NCBI GenBank assembly: GCA_963745025.1
Contig: CAVUWD010000006.1
Coordinates: 192,001-256,000 of the forward strand
Origin: an uncultured delta proteobacterium
GTDB taxonomy: Bacteria > Desulfobacterota > Binatia > JACPRU01
Direction: 5' to 3'
DNA length: 64,000 nucleotides
The notes under the pieces were generated by a model. That model was not told the origin of the DNA. It did no database searches and saw only the letters and a program-made list of their open reading frames with translations. The translations under genes were made by a program, and so were the position numbers. This document shows, one piece after another, positions 29,546 to 39,688 of this stretch; the stretch's first letter is position 1, and each line of letters opens with the position of its first letter.

Positions 29546-30585
29546 CGCTTCGGTCGGCGGCGCGCGACGAGCGCATCGGGCTCAAACACGGTGCAGGTGG
29601 CCGAGCCATGCGCGCGCTCATCGAGCAGGTTCTCGCCCGCGGCTTCATCGACCCCGCGGGCGCGAACGGCTTCGGTCTAGCGGCGATGGACGACGGTGCC
29701 GCCTTGCGCATTGGGGATCGCTGGCTCGTGATCACCACCGACTCGCACGTCATCCACCCGATCTTCTTCCCCGGGGGTGACATCGGGCGACTCGCCGTCG
29801 CGGGTACGGTCAACGACCTCGCGGTGATGGGGGTGACCGATATCCTCGGCCTGACCTGTGCGGTGATCGTCGAAGTCGGCTTCCCGCGTGCGGATCTCGA
29901 GCGCATTCAGCAATCCATGCAGGCGACTTGCCTGGAGGCCGGCACGACCGTGCTGACCGGCGACACCAAGGTGATGGGGAAAGGGGAGATCGACGGTATC
30001 GTCATCAACACCACTGGAATCGGTCTCACCAGCCGAGTGGTCCCCGACCGCGGACTCGGCCCCGGAGATCGCATCCTCGTCAGCGGAACGATCGGCGATC
30101 ATGGGCTCGCCATTCTCGCCACTCGCCACGGCTTGGAGCTGGAAGGCGAGATCCGTTCCGACGTTACTCCGCTCGGAGGTCTGGTGCAGACGGTGCTCGC
30201 CGCCGCCGGCGATGGGGTCGTGGCGATGAAGGATCCGACGCGCGGGGGCCTCGCGAGCGCCCTCCACGAGATGGCGGAGAAGAGCGAGGTCGGCGTCCTC
30301 CTCGACGAGGCGGCGATCCCGGTTTCGCCGGCGGTTCGTTCGGCCGCCGAACTCCTCGGCATCGATCCGCTGCACGTGGCGAACGAAGGCAAGGCGGTGA
30401 TCGGGGTGCACCCCGAGGCGGCGGAGAAGGTTCTCGCGGCGCTACGCGCCCACCCCGCGGGCCTCGACGCCGCGATCGTCGGCACCTGTGTCGCGGAGCC
30501 GATCGGGCGGATCATCGTCGACACAGGCTTTGGGCGACGCCTGCTGGTCGAGCCGGAGGGCGAGCCTCTGCCTCGCATCTGCTGA
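29542..30585 (+). CDS. hypE: Hydrogenase expression/formation protein HypE
   Basis: HGAGG, TTDSH, GTVNDLA, DPTRGG, ANEG, C-terminal PRIC. Confidence 0.95.
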   Translation: MTLRSAARDERIGLKHGAGGRAMRALIEQVLARGFIDPAGANGFGLAAMDDGAALRIGDRWLVITTDSHVIHPIFFPGGDIGRLAVAGTVNDLAVMGVTDILGLTCAVIVEVGFPRADLERIQQSMQATCLEAGTTVLTGDTKVMGKGEIDGIVINTTGIGLTSRVVPDRGLGPGDRILVSGTIGDHGLAILATRHGLELEGEIRSDVTPLGGLVQTVLAAAGDGVVAMKDPTRGGLASALHEMAEKSEVGVLLDEAAIPVSPAVRSAAELLGIDPLHVANEGKAVIGVHPEAAEKVLAALRAHPAGLDAAIVGTCVAEPIGRIIVDTGFGRRLLVEPEGEPLPRIC

Positions 30586-30599
30586 GAGGACGGGGCGGC

Positions 30600-31433
30600 A
30601 TGGAGCACATCCGCACGGAGCGTGACGGCGCCGTCGGCGTGATTACGATCTCGCGGCGCGAGCGGTTCAACTCACTCGACGTGAAGACGGCGCAGGATCT
30701 CCGCAAGGCGGGGCTCGGCTTCGCGCGCGACGAGTCGGTGCGCGCCGTGATCTTGCGCGGAGAAGACGGAGTGTTCTGCAGCGGTGCCGACCTCAAGTAC
30801 ATCGGCGAGCGAGGCGACGAGACTGATCTCGGTTACCTGCAGCCCTCGTCGCCGCCCGCCGGACGCGGGTACGGGGAAGTCTTCAAACAGATCCTCGAGT
30901 ACATCCACAGCACGATCTCCGAGATCCGGCGTGCTCCGAAGCCCTTCATCGCCGCGGTCGACGGCGTGGCCGCGGCAGGAGGCTTCGGGCTCGCCATGGC
31001 GTGTGATCTCGTCCTCGCCTCGGAGCGTGCGAGCTTCGAGTGGGCGTACGGAAAGACGGGCCTCACTGGTGCCGAGAGCTCGACGTTCTTCTTGCCGCGG
31101 CTGATCGGCCTGCGGCGGGCCCTGGAACTCGTCTTCCTGAACCCCCGAGTCGATGCCCGCAGAGCGCTCGAGATCGGCCTCGTGACCGCAGTCCATCCGG
31201 TCGAACGGCTCGAGGCGCAAGCCCGGACGCTGGCGAGCCGGCTCGCCGCGGGCCCGACCGGCGCCTACGGCGTGGCCAAGCGGCTGCTCAACCTGGCGGC
31301 GGGAGGCGATCAGCTCGACGCCCACCTCGATCAGGAGCTCGAGAGCTTGGCTCGCATCGCCGATGGAGCGGACTTCGGCGAAGGGCTGGAGAGCTTTCTC
31401 CTGAAGCGTGAGCCGCGATTCGGCGGGCGCTGA
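30600..31433 (+). CDS. Enoyl-CoA hydratase/isomerase family protein (PaaG-like)
   Basis: FCSGADL, PKPFIAAVDGVAAAGG, LPRLIG, EGLESFLLKREPRF. Confidence 0.88.
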   Translation: MEHIRTERDGAVGVITISRRERFNSLDVKTAQDLRKAGLGFARDESVRAVILRGEDGVFCSGADLKYIGERGDETDLGYLQPSSPPAGRGYGEVFKQILEYIHSTISEIRRAPKPFIAAVDGVAAAGGFGLAMACDLVLASERASFEWAYGKTGLTGAESSTFFLPRLIGLRRALELVFLNPRVDARRALEIGLVTAVHPVERLEAQARTLASRLAAGPTGAYGVAKRLLNLAAGGDQLDAHLDQELESLARIADGADFGEGLESFLLKREPRFGGR

Positions 31434-31661
31434 GCTAGTAATAAGAGATACTCACTGCGCTGATTGCCAGGGAACTAACACGGACCAACAGGATACCCTT
31501 GGCGTCAATCGCTGCGAGCGTCCCCTACCCCGCTCGGCTTCACGCGCTCGGAGGACGGTAGCGGCTCCCTCCCCTCTTTCTGCTACCGCAACACCATGGC
31601 GGACGTGAGTATGGTGGATCGCGTCGCCGCCACAGGATGAGATCGGCGTCCGCGGGCGCCA

Positions 31662-33407
31662 TCACGCCGCCTCCAAGGAGGCTCTTCCTTCCGCGTTGGG
31701 TGCGATCTTCCAATGCCGGTCGTGGTAAGCAGCGACCTCCGGCCGATGCGCCACCGAGATCACCGTGGTGTGCGGTAACCGCTCGGCAAGCAGCGCATAG
31801 ACGCGCTTCTCCATCTCCTCGTCGAGCGTGGAAGTCGCCTTGTCCAGGAACACCCACTCGGGCTCGTTGAGGAGCACACGCGCGATCGCGAGGCGCTGCT
31901 GCTCGTGGGGCGAGAGTTGCTGATCCCACGCCGCCGTCTCGTCCAGACGCGTCGAGAGACGATCGAGCCCGAGCAGCCGCAGCACCTCGCGGATCCGCAC
32001 GTCGGGAAACGTGCCCTCGGGCGCCGGATACGAGACCGCGATGCGCAGCGGCCCGATCGGAAGGTAGGGCCATTGGGGAATGAAGAGCATGCGGGCCCGC
32101 GCGGGGACGTCGATGCGCCCCTTGCCGAACGGCCAGATCCCGGCGATGGCGCGCAGCAGGATGGTCTTGCCCGCTCCCGAAGGGCCCGTGATGGCCACAC
32201 GTTCTCCCGCGCTCACCGTGGCGCTGGCCACGTCGATCAGCACACGGCCATCCGGAGCCTCGAGGCTCAGGTCCACGAGCCGGAGTATGGGTGCCTCCGC
32301 CGAGACGACGCGGAGGTTCGAGCGCTCCAGATCCTGCTCCGTCTCGTTCATCGCCTCGGTGAAGGTCGAGAGCCGCTCGACGTTCGCACGCCAGCGCGCG
32401 ATCTCCTGATAGGCGTAGACGAACCAGCTCAGGGCTCCCGACACCTGCCCGTAGGCGAATCGAATCTGCGCGATGGTGCCGAGCGTGATCAGGCCGGCGA
32501 AGAACCCGGGCGCGGCTACCAGGAGAGGCACGACGCCGTTGGCCTGACCGACGAGGCCGGTGAAGACCGTCAATCTCCGCTGCGCGGCGACGAGCTGCCA
32601 CCAGTTCCGCATCACGTTCTCGAAGCGCGCGAGCGCGCTTCGCCGCTCCAGGGCCTCTCCGCGCGAAAGCGTCACCACCTCGACGTTGTCGCGGAAGCGC
32701 ATGAGCCCGTAGCGGAAGTCGGCTTCGTAACGCAGCCGATCGAAGTTGAGGGGTACGAGCGGGCGGCCCACGACGTGCGTGAGCCAGGTCGAGAGCGCAG
32801 CGTAGAGGACGGCCACCCAGAGCAACAAGCCTGGGAGGTGAAGCTGCCGACCGGCGATCGGGAGCCCCCAGTCGCCGGAGAGCATCCAGAGGAGCCCTCC
32901 GAACGAGGCGAGCGTCGCCATCGAGTTCAGGAATGAGAGCGAGAGGCCGAGCGCGCTCGCCGCGAAGTCACGGATGTCCTCGGCGATGCGCTGATCCGGG
33001 TTGTCGACACCGTCACGGTGGAGCTGCACTTGGCAGTACGCACGCTCATTCATCCAGCGATCCAAGTAGTGAGTGGTCACGCCGCGCCGCCAGCGGATCT
33101 CGAGGAGCTGCCGGAGATAGATCCGATAGGCGGAAACGAAGACGAAGGCGGCCGAAAGGGCCGCGAACAGCCCGAGCGCCGCGAGGAAGGCCATGGCCTG
33201 CCTGTCTTGCACGGCGTCCATGATGCGTCGTTCCGCGTCTGAGAGGCGTAGATTTCCGTAAACCGTGCCGAATTCGAGAAAGACGGCACCCGCCAACAGC
33301 AGAGCGCCTCGTCGAGCGTCCGGCAATGTCCAGTAGATGTGGATCAGCTCCCCGAGATGATGGATGAACCGTCGACCGAAGATGGCGTGTCTGCCTCGCT
33401 CGTGCAT
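31662..33407 (-). CDS. ABC transporter permease/ATP-binding protein (YddA/ABCD-like)
   Basis: DNPDQRIAEDI, EADFRYGL, Walker A GPSGAGKT, LSPHEQQR, LDKATS, SVAHR. Confidence 0.88.
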   Translation of the reverse strand: MHERGRHAIFGRRFIHHLGELIHIYWTLPDARRGALLLAGAVFLEFGTVYGNLRLSDAERRIMDAVQDRQAMAFLAALGLFAALSAAFVFVSAYRIYLRQLLEIRWRRGVTTHYLDRWMNERAYCQVQLHRDGVDNPDQRIAEDIRDFAASALGLSLSFLNSMATLASFGGLLWMLSGDWGLPIAGRQLHLPGLLLWVAVLYAALSTWLTHVVGRPLVPLNFDRLRYEADFRYGLMRFRDNVEVVTLSRGEALERRSALARFENVMRNWWQLVAAQRRLTVFTGLVGQANGVVPLLVAAPGFFAGLITLGTIAQIRFAYGQVSGALSWFVYAYQEIARWRANVERLSTFTEAMNETEQDLERSNLRVVSAEAPILRLVDLSLEAPDGRVLIDVASATVSAGERVAITGPSGAGKTILLRAIAGIWPFGKGRIDVPARARMLFIPQWPYLPIGPLRIAVSYPAPEGTFPDVRIREVLRLLGLDRLSTRLDETAAWDQQLSPHEQQRLAIARVLLNEPEWVFLDKATSTLDEEMEKRVYALLAERLPHTTVISVAHRPEVAAYHDRHWKIAPNAEGRASLEAA

Positions 33408-33657
33408 GCAGGGCTCCTTCGCGCGCAATCATTGCGCCGACGGCGGCGCGGTCAAGCGATCCGCGGTCCGCGGTCTCGCGCGTTTTTCCTCGCGTCCAAC
33501 CTCGTCGCCCGCTCGCGCCGGAGCGCGGGAGCGCCGGTCCGAGTCGCGCGATTTCTCGCCTTCGGCAATCCGTCCGGTGGTTTTTTCTCACACGGGGGAA
33601 AATTGGCCGGCTTTTTCCGGCGTTCGTCCGTTGGCACGGCTTGCACGAATTGTGATC

Positions 33658-34896
33658 ATGAGTGAACAACTGGCCGCAAACTCGGCGCAAAGACCCGGAA
33701 CGGCAACGGCTCCGAAGAAGCTAGAGGACAAGGACGATTTCTCCCTGGTGCTGGGGGGACCGCTCTATCAGCTGCTGCGTCGGTCGCATCTATCCGACGA
33801 CGCGCTGGGGCTACTACGTGTGCGCGTCGTCGCCATCACGCTCATCACATGGCTGCCGCTGCTGATCCTGTCCGCGCTCGGTGGGCGCGCGTGGGGTGAC
33901 GCGGTCAGAGTGCCCTTCCTCCGGGACGTCGCGGTGCACACGCGGTTCTTGCTGGCGCTGCCGCTGCTCATCCTGGCGGAGCTGATGGTGCATCAATCGA
34001 TGCGCCCGCTCATCGGGCAGTTCCTGGAGCGCGGCCTGATCCCGGAAACGTCCCGGGCGAGGTTCGACGCGGCCCGGGCCTCGGCCCTGAGGCTGCGAAA
34101 CTCGGTGATAGCGGAGGTGCTGCTCATCGCGTTCACGTACCTCGTCGGCGTTCACTACATCTGGCCTCACGCCGGCGCCCTGAAGGTAGCCAGCTGGTAT
34201 GCCACGCCCGCGGAGGGCGGCAGCCGGCTGTCGGCGGCGGGCTGGTGGTTCGCCTACGCGAGCCTTCCCGTGTTCCAGTTCATCCTGCTTCGCTGGTATT
34301 TTCGCCTGTTCGTCTGGACACGCTTCCTCTGGCAGGTGACGCGGTGCGAGCTCAAGCTGGTGCCCACGCACCCGGATCGCGCGGGCGGCCTCGGCTTCCT
34401 TTCGCTCACCGTGGTCGGGTTCACGCCGGTGCTAGCCGCCCATGGGGCATTGCTCGCCGGGGGGATCGCCAATCGCATCTTCTTCCAGGGGGCGACGCTC
34501 CCGGACTTCAAGGTGGAGCTGGTGGTGATGGTCGCGTTCCTCTTGCTCGTCGTGCTCGGGCCCCTCCTGCTGTTCCTGCCGCACCTGGCCGAGGCGCGGC
34601 GCGTCGGCCTGCTCGAGTACGGTGCGCTCGGCCAGCGCTACGTGCGGGAGTTCGACGACAAGTGGCTTCGCGGCGGCGCGCGGGCAGGCGAAGCGCTAGT
34701 GGGGAGCGGCGACATCCAGTCCCTCGCGGACATGAGCAATAGCTTCGAAGTCGTCTGGGGCATGCGGGTCGTGCCCTTCACGAGATACACGGTGCTCCAG
34801 CTCGCCGTGATCACCCTCCTGCCGGTCGTCCCGCTGCTGCTCACGATGTTCTCGCCGCAGGAGCTCTTCGAGCGGCTGCTGCGCGTGGCGTTCTGA
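33658..34896 (+). CDS. Conserved hypothetical multi-pass membrane protein
   Basis: Multiple TM helices; motifs DFSLVLGGPLY, PTHPDRAGGLGFL, DIQSLAD. Confidence 0.75.
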   Translation: MSEQLAANSAQRPGTATAPKKLEDKDDFSLVLGGPLYQLLRRSHLSDDALGLLRVRVVAITLITWLPLLILSALGGRAWGDAVRVPFLRDVAVHTRFLLALPLLILAELMVHQSMRPLIGQFLERGLIPETSRARFDAARASALRLRNSVIAEVLLIAFTYLVGVHYIWPHAGALKVASWYATPAEGGSRLSAAGWWFAYASLPVFQFILLRWYFRLFVWTRFLWQVTRCELKLVPTHPDRAGGLGFLSLTVVGFTPVLAAHGALLAGGIANRIFFQGATLPDFKVELVVMVAFLLLVVLGPLLLFLPHLAEARRVGLLEYGALGQRYVREFDDKWLRGGARAGEALVGSGDIQSLADMSNSFEVVWGMRVVPFTRYTVLQLAVITLLPVVPLLLTMFSPQELFERLLRVAF

Positions 34897-34953
34897 GGGG
34901 CTTGCCGTGAAAACGCAAAAACGAGATTAGCTTCGGCGAAAGGAAAAGATGCC

Positions 34954-37715
34954 ATGTCACAAACGGCCGAGCACACTCGATTGCTGCAGGACGGCTCCAA
35001 CTGGAAACGCTGGGGCCCGTACTTGAGCGAGCGCCAGTGGGGAACGGTGCGCGAGGATTACAGCGAGAACGGCGATGCCTGGAACTTCTTCACCCACGAT
35101 CAGGCCCGTTCCCGGGCGTACCGCTGGGGCGAGGACGGCCTGGGAGGGATCTCCGACGACAAGCAGCGGCTCTGCTTCGCCCTCGCCCTGTGGAACGGCA
35201 AGGACCCGATCCTGAAGGAGCGGCTCTTCGGGCTCACGAACAGCGAGGGCAACCACGGCGAGGACGTCAAGGAGTACTACTTCTACCTCGACAGCACGCC
35301 GACCCACTCGTACATGAAGTACCTCTACAAGTACCCGCAGGCGGCCTATCCCTACGCCGACCTGGTGGAGACCAACCGGCGGCGCAGCCGCAACGAGATG
35401 GAGTACGAGCTGCTCGACACGGGCGTCTTCAACGAGGACCGCTACTTCGACGTGTTCGTGGAGTACGCCAAGGCGTCGCCCGAGGACATCCTGATCCAGA
35501 TCACGGCCTGCAACCGCGGCCCGGAGGAGGCCGAGCTGCACGTGCTGCCGACCCTGTGGTTCCGCAACGACTGGGCGTCGTGGATCGCCAGACGCCGCCG
35601 AGAAACCGCTGCTCAAGCAGATCGACGGACCGGCGGGCACGAGCACGATTGCGGCAACGCATGCCGTACTGGGGACGTACCACCTGTACTGCGAAGGCGA
35701 TGTGCCGCTGCTCTTCACCGAGAACTCGACCAACCACGCCCGGCTCCACCTCGACTACCCGGACGTGGGCCCGTACCTCAAGGACGGCATCAACGACTAC
35801 GTGGTCCAGGGTCAGCCGGGAGGCGGTGAACCCCGAGCGGCAGGGCACCAAGGCCGCGGCGCACTATCGGCTGACGATTCGGCTCCCGGCCAGTCGGCGA
35901 CGGTGCGGCTGCGCCTCACCGCCCAGGCTCCGGCCGGGTCGCGCACGTCGGCAAAAGGGAGCGCCGTCCCTTTCGGGCAAGACTTCGACGAGACCCTGGC
36001 CGCCCGGCTGCGGGAGGCGGATGAGTTCTACAAGTCGGTGACCCCGCCCTCGGTCTCCGCCGGATGCGGCCAACGTGATGCGCCAGGCCATCGCCGGCAT
36101 GCTCTGGTCCAAGCAGTACTACTACTGGGACGGCGATGCGTGGCTGGAGGAGCACCACGCCCACCCCCTCCATCACGGCAGCCGCGACTTCCGGAACCGC
36201 GAGTGGTTCCACATGATCAACGACGACATCATCTCCATGCCCGACAAGTGGGAGTACCCCTGGTACGCCGCCTGGGACCTCGCCTTCCACACGCTGCCGA
36301 TCGGGATCGTGGACCCCGACTTCGCCAAGGAGCAGCTGCAAGCTGATGCTCCGCGGGGTGTACCTCCACCCCAGCGGCCAGATTCCCGCCTACGAGTGGA
36401 ACTTCAGCGACGTGAACCCGCCGGTGCACGCCTGGGCGACCCTGTTCCTGCACCGCACCGAGCAGGCCCTGCGCGGCGAGGTCGATCTCGACTTCCTCAA
36501 GTCGGCGTTCAACAAGCTCATGCTGAACTTCACCTGGTGGGTGAACCGCAAGGACCGGTTCGGCAAGAACGTCTTCGAGGGCGGCTTCCTCGGCCTCGAC
36601 AACATCGGCGTCTTCGACCGCAGCGCCCCGCTGCCGACCGGGGGCTATCTGGAGCAGGCGGACGGCACCGCGTGGATGGCCCTCTTCACCCAGAACATGC
36701 TCGAGCTCGCCGTGGAGCTCGCCGCCCACGACCCCACCTACGAGGACATGGCCTTCAAGTTCGTCGAGCATTTTCTCTATATCGCCGCGGCCATGAACAA
36801 GCCCGGGCAGGACGGCATGTGGGACGAGGAGGACGGCTTCTACTACGACCTCTTGCGGCTCCCCGACGGCAGCGCCACGCGGCTCAAGGTGCGCTCGATG
36901 GTCGGGCTCCTGCCCCTGTGCGCCACGACGGTGGTCGAGAAGTGGCAGCGCGAGCGCGTTCCGCAGGCAACGGCCGCGGTTTTCGAGCACGCCTGCGCCA
37001 GATGCCGGAACTCCTGGAGTCGATCCATCCGACGGGTCCGGGTCACTTTGGCGTAGCTGAGCGGGGTATCTTCGCCCTGGTCAACCCGGAGCGGCTCCGT
37101 CGGATTCTCTCGAAGATGCTCGACGAGAACGAGTTCCTGAGCCCCTACGGCATCCGCTCGCTCTCCAAGTTCCACGAGCAGCACCCGTACGTCTTCCACG
37201 CGGGCGGTCAGGAGTACCGCGTGGACTACCTGCCGGCCGAATCGAACACCGGCATGTTCGGCGGCAACTCCAACTGGCGGGGGCCGGTCTGGATGCCGGT
37301 CAATGCCATGCTGATCCGGGCGCTCCTGAACTTCTACCTGTACTACGGCGACAACTTCAAGATCGAATGCCCGACCGGTTCAGGCAAGATGATGAACCTC
37401 TTCGAGGTGGCCAAGGAGATCTCCGACCGGCTCACGCGGATCTTCCTGCGCGATGAGCACGGCCGGCGGGCCGTGTACGGCGGGACCGAGAAGTTCCAGA
37501 CCGACCCCCACTGGCGCGACCACATCCTGTTCTACGAGTACTTCCACGGCGACAACGGGGCGGGGCTGGGCGCGAGCCACCAGACGGGATGGACAGGAGT
37601 GGTGGCGAAGCTGATCCAGCTCTTCGGATTGCTCGATGCGGAGAAGCTGCTCGAGGCCGGCAAGGCAGGCGGCCTTCGTCCGCGGAAAGTCAGGGAAGGT
37701 GAGGTGCAGAAATGA
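34954..37715 (+). CDS. MGH1-like glycoside hydrolase (GH63 family glucosidase); multiple frameshifts
   Basis: Fragments in different frames: [72 protein letters not shown]. Confidence 0.85.
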
Positions 37716-39202
37716 AGGCCTTACCCGCTTATCCCTCGCTCTATCAGATCAACACGCGCGTCTGGCTGACCGAGCTGTCGCAGGCCTCTGGGCCGGCCGG
37801 CCACGCTCGACGACATTCCGGACGCCGAGCTGGACCGCCTGGCCGCAAATGGGCTTCGACTGGATCTGGTTCCTGAGCGTCTGGCAGACCGGGCCGGCGG
37901 CGCAGCAGGTCTCGCGCAGCAACGCCGAATGGCGCACGGAGTTCAGGAGACGCTGCCGGATCTGCGCGAGGAGGACATCGCCGGCTCCGGGTTCGCCATC
38001 ACCGGCTACACGGTGCATCGCGATCTGGGCGGGGATGCGGCGCTGGCGCGGCTGCGCGAGCGGCTGCGAAAGCGCGGACTGCGGCTGATGCTCGACTTCG
38101 TCCCGAACCACATGGCGCCGGATCACCCCTGGGTCGACGAGCATCCGGAGTACTTCGTCCACGGCAGCGAGAGCGACCTGGCGCGCGCACCGCAGAACTA
38201 CTGCGCGCGTCAAACGAAAGGCGGGCCGCTGCTGCTCGCCTACGGCCGCGACCCGTACTTCGCCGGCTGGCCCGACACGCTGCAGCTCGACTACGGCAAC
38301 CCGGCCACGCAGGAGGCGATGATCGGCGAGCTGGAGAGGATCGCCGGGCAGTGCGACGGCGTGCGCTGCGACATGGCCATGCTGGTCCTGCCCGACGTCT
38401 TCGAGCGCACCTGGGGCATCCGGGCGCCGACCTCTTCTGGCCGAAGGCGACCGAGCGCGTGCGGCGAGCGAGTGCCGGGCTTCCGCTTCATGGCCGAGGT
38501 CTACTGGGATCTCGAATGGACGATGCAGCAGCAGGGGTTCGACTACGCCTACGACAAGCGGCTCTACGACCGGCTGCGCGAGGGGCACGCGCGGCCGGTG
38601 CGCGAGCACCTCTGCGCCGGGCTCGACTACCAGAGCAAGCTGGCCCGCTTCCTGGAGAACCACGACGAGCCCCGGGCCGCCGCGACCTTCGCGCCCGGCA
38701 TGCACGAGGCCGCGGCCGTCATCACGTTCCTGTCGCCGGGCCTGCGGTTCTTCCACCAGGGTCAGTTCGAGGGGCGGAGGAAGCGCATCTCGCCGCACCT
38801 GGTCCGCGCGCCGCTGGAGCCCGCCGACGAGACGCTCGAACAGTTCTACGAGCGCCTGCTGGCGGTGCTCCGGCAGCCGGCCGTGCGCGATGGCCAGTGG
38901 CGCCTGCTCGAGTGCGCGCCGGCCTGGGACGGCAACTGGACGTCGGACTGCTTCATCGCGTGGTCCTGGCAGGGCGGCGGACGGCCAGCGGCGGCTCATC
39001 GCCGTCAACTATGCCGGGAACCAGAGCCAGTGTTACGTCCGGCTCCCGTTTCCAGACCTGGGCGGCCGCGCGGTGCGGCTGAAGGACCTGATGGGTCCCG
39101 CCAGCTTCGATCGCGACGGAGATGACCTCGTGTCGCGGGGCCTCTATCTCGACATGCGCGCCGTGGAGCTACCACGTGTTCGAGATGTCCACGCTTCCCT
39201 AG
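37712..39202 (+). CDS. Alpha-amylase family (GH13) glycosidase; frameshifted
   Basis: LMLDFVPNH, DGVRCDMAM, AEVYW, RFLENHDE, with N- and C-terminal parts in other frames. Confidence 0.82.
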
Positions 39203-39325
39203 ACGCACGACACGGGCCTGTCCAAGTCGGCAAGCAGTGGCTTCGCGGTCGCCCAGGAGTTGCGGTGCGCGACCGTCGAGCGTAAGCCTCGGCTGCAAAC
39301 CTTTCACTCAACTTCGGAGGCTACG

Positions 39326-39466
39326 ATGACCCTCTGTCCGGTTGCACTGGCCGTCGGTTGCAAGAAGTGCCCGATGTTCGCGATCTGCCCCGCGAAGGGC
39401 ATCATCGGCGATTACCGCGGGGAGGGAGAGCCGCAAGACAAGCGGGCACCGAAGAAATCCGACTGA
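39326..39466 (+). CDS. Small Cys-rich conserved hypothetical protein (46 aa)
   Basis: RBS GGAGG then MTLCPVALAVGCKKCPMFAICPAKGIIGDY... Confidence 0.7.
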   Translation: MTLCPVALAVGCKKCPMFAICPAKGIIGDYRGEGEPQDKRAPKKSD

Positions 39467-39688
39467 CGACCCGAGGAAATTCCCAGACGGCTGAGGAAGT
39501 GTAGCCAGCGTCGCCCAGTGCCCAGACCTAGGGCGTGGCTCGCAGGTGCGGGCGCTTCTCGGTGCGGGTGTCCGCTCGACGCTCGCGTTCATCGCCGTCG
39601 TGTTCTCGGACCGCCTGGGCGAAGCAGATTCCACGCGATTGACGGAGCTCCACGCGCGCAGCCGACGGAAAGGCAAGGAAACCCAAAC

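Noticed and set aside
31448-31612. Intergenic segment bounded by 8-bp inverted repeats (ATACTCAC/GTGAGTAT) with internal hairpins, as a MITE or ncRNA
   Set aside because: The repeats are short, the segment is single-copy in the window and no family is recognisable, so support is insufficient.
33631-33645. TTGGCACGGCTTGCA as a sigma-54 promoter
   Set aside because: The GG-to-GC spacing is 8 nt instead of the required 10.
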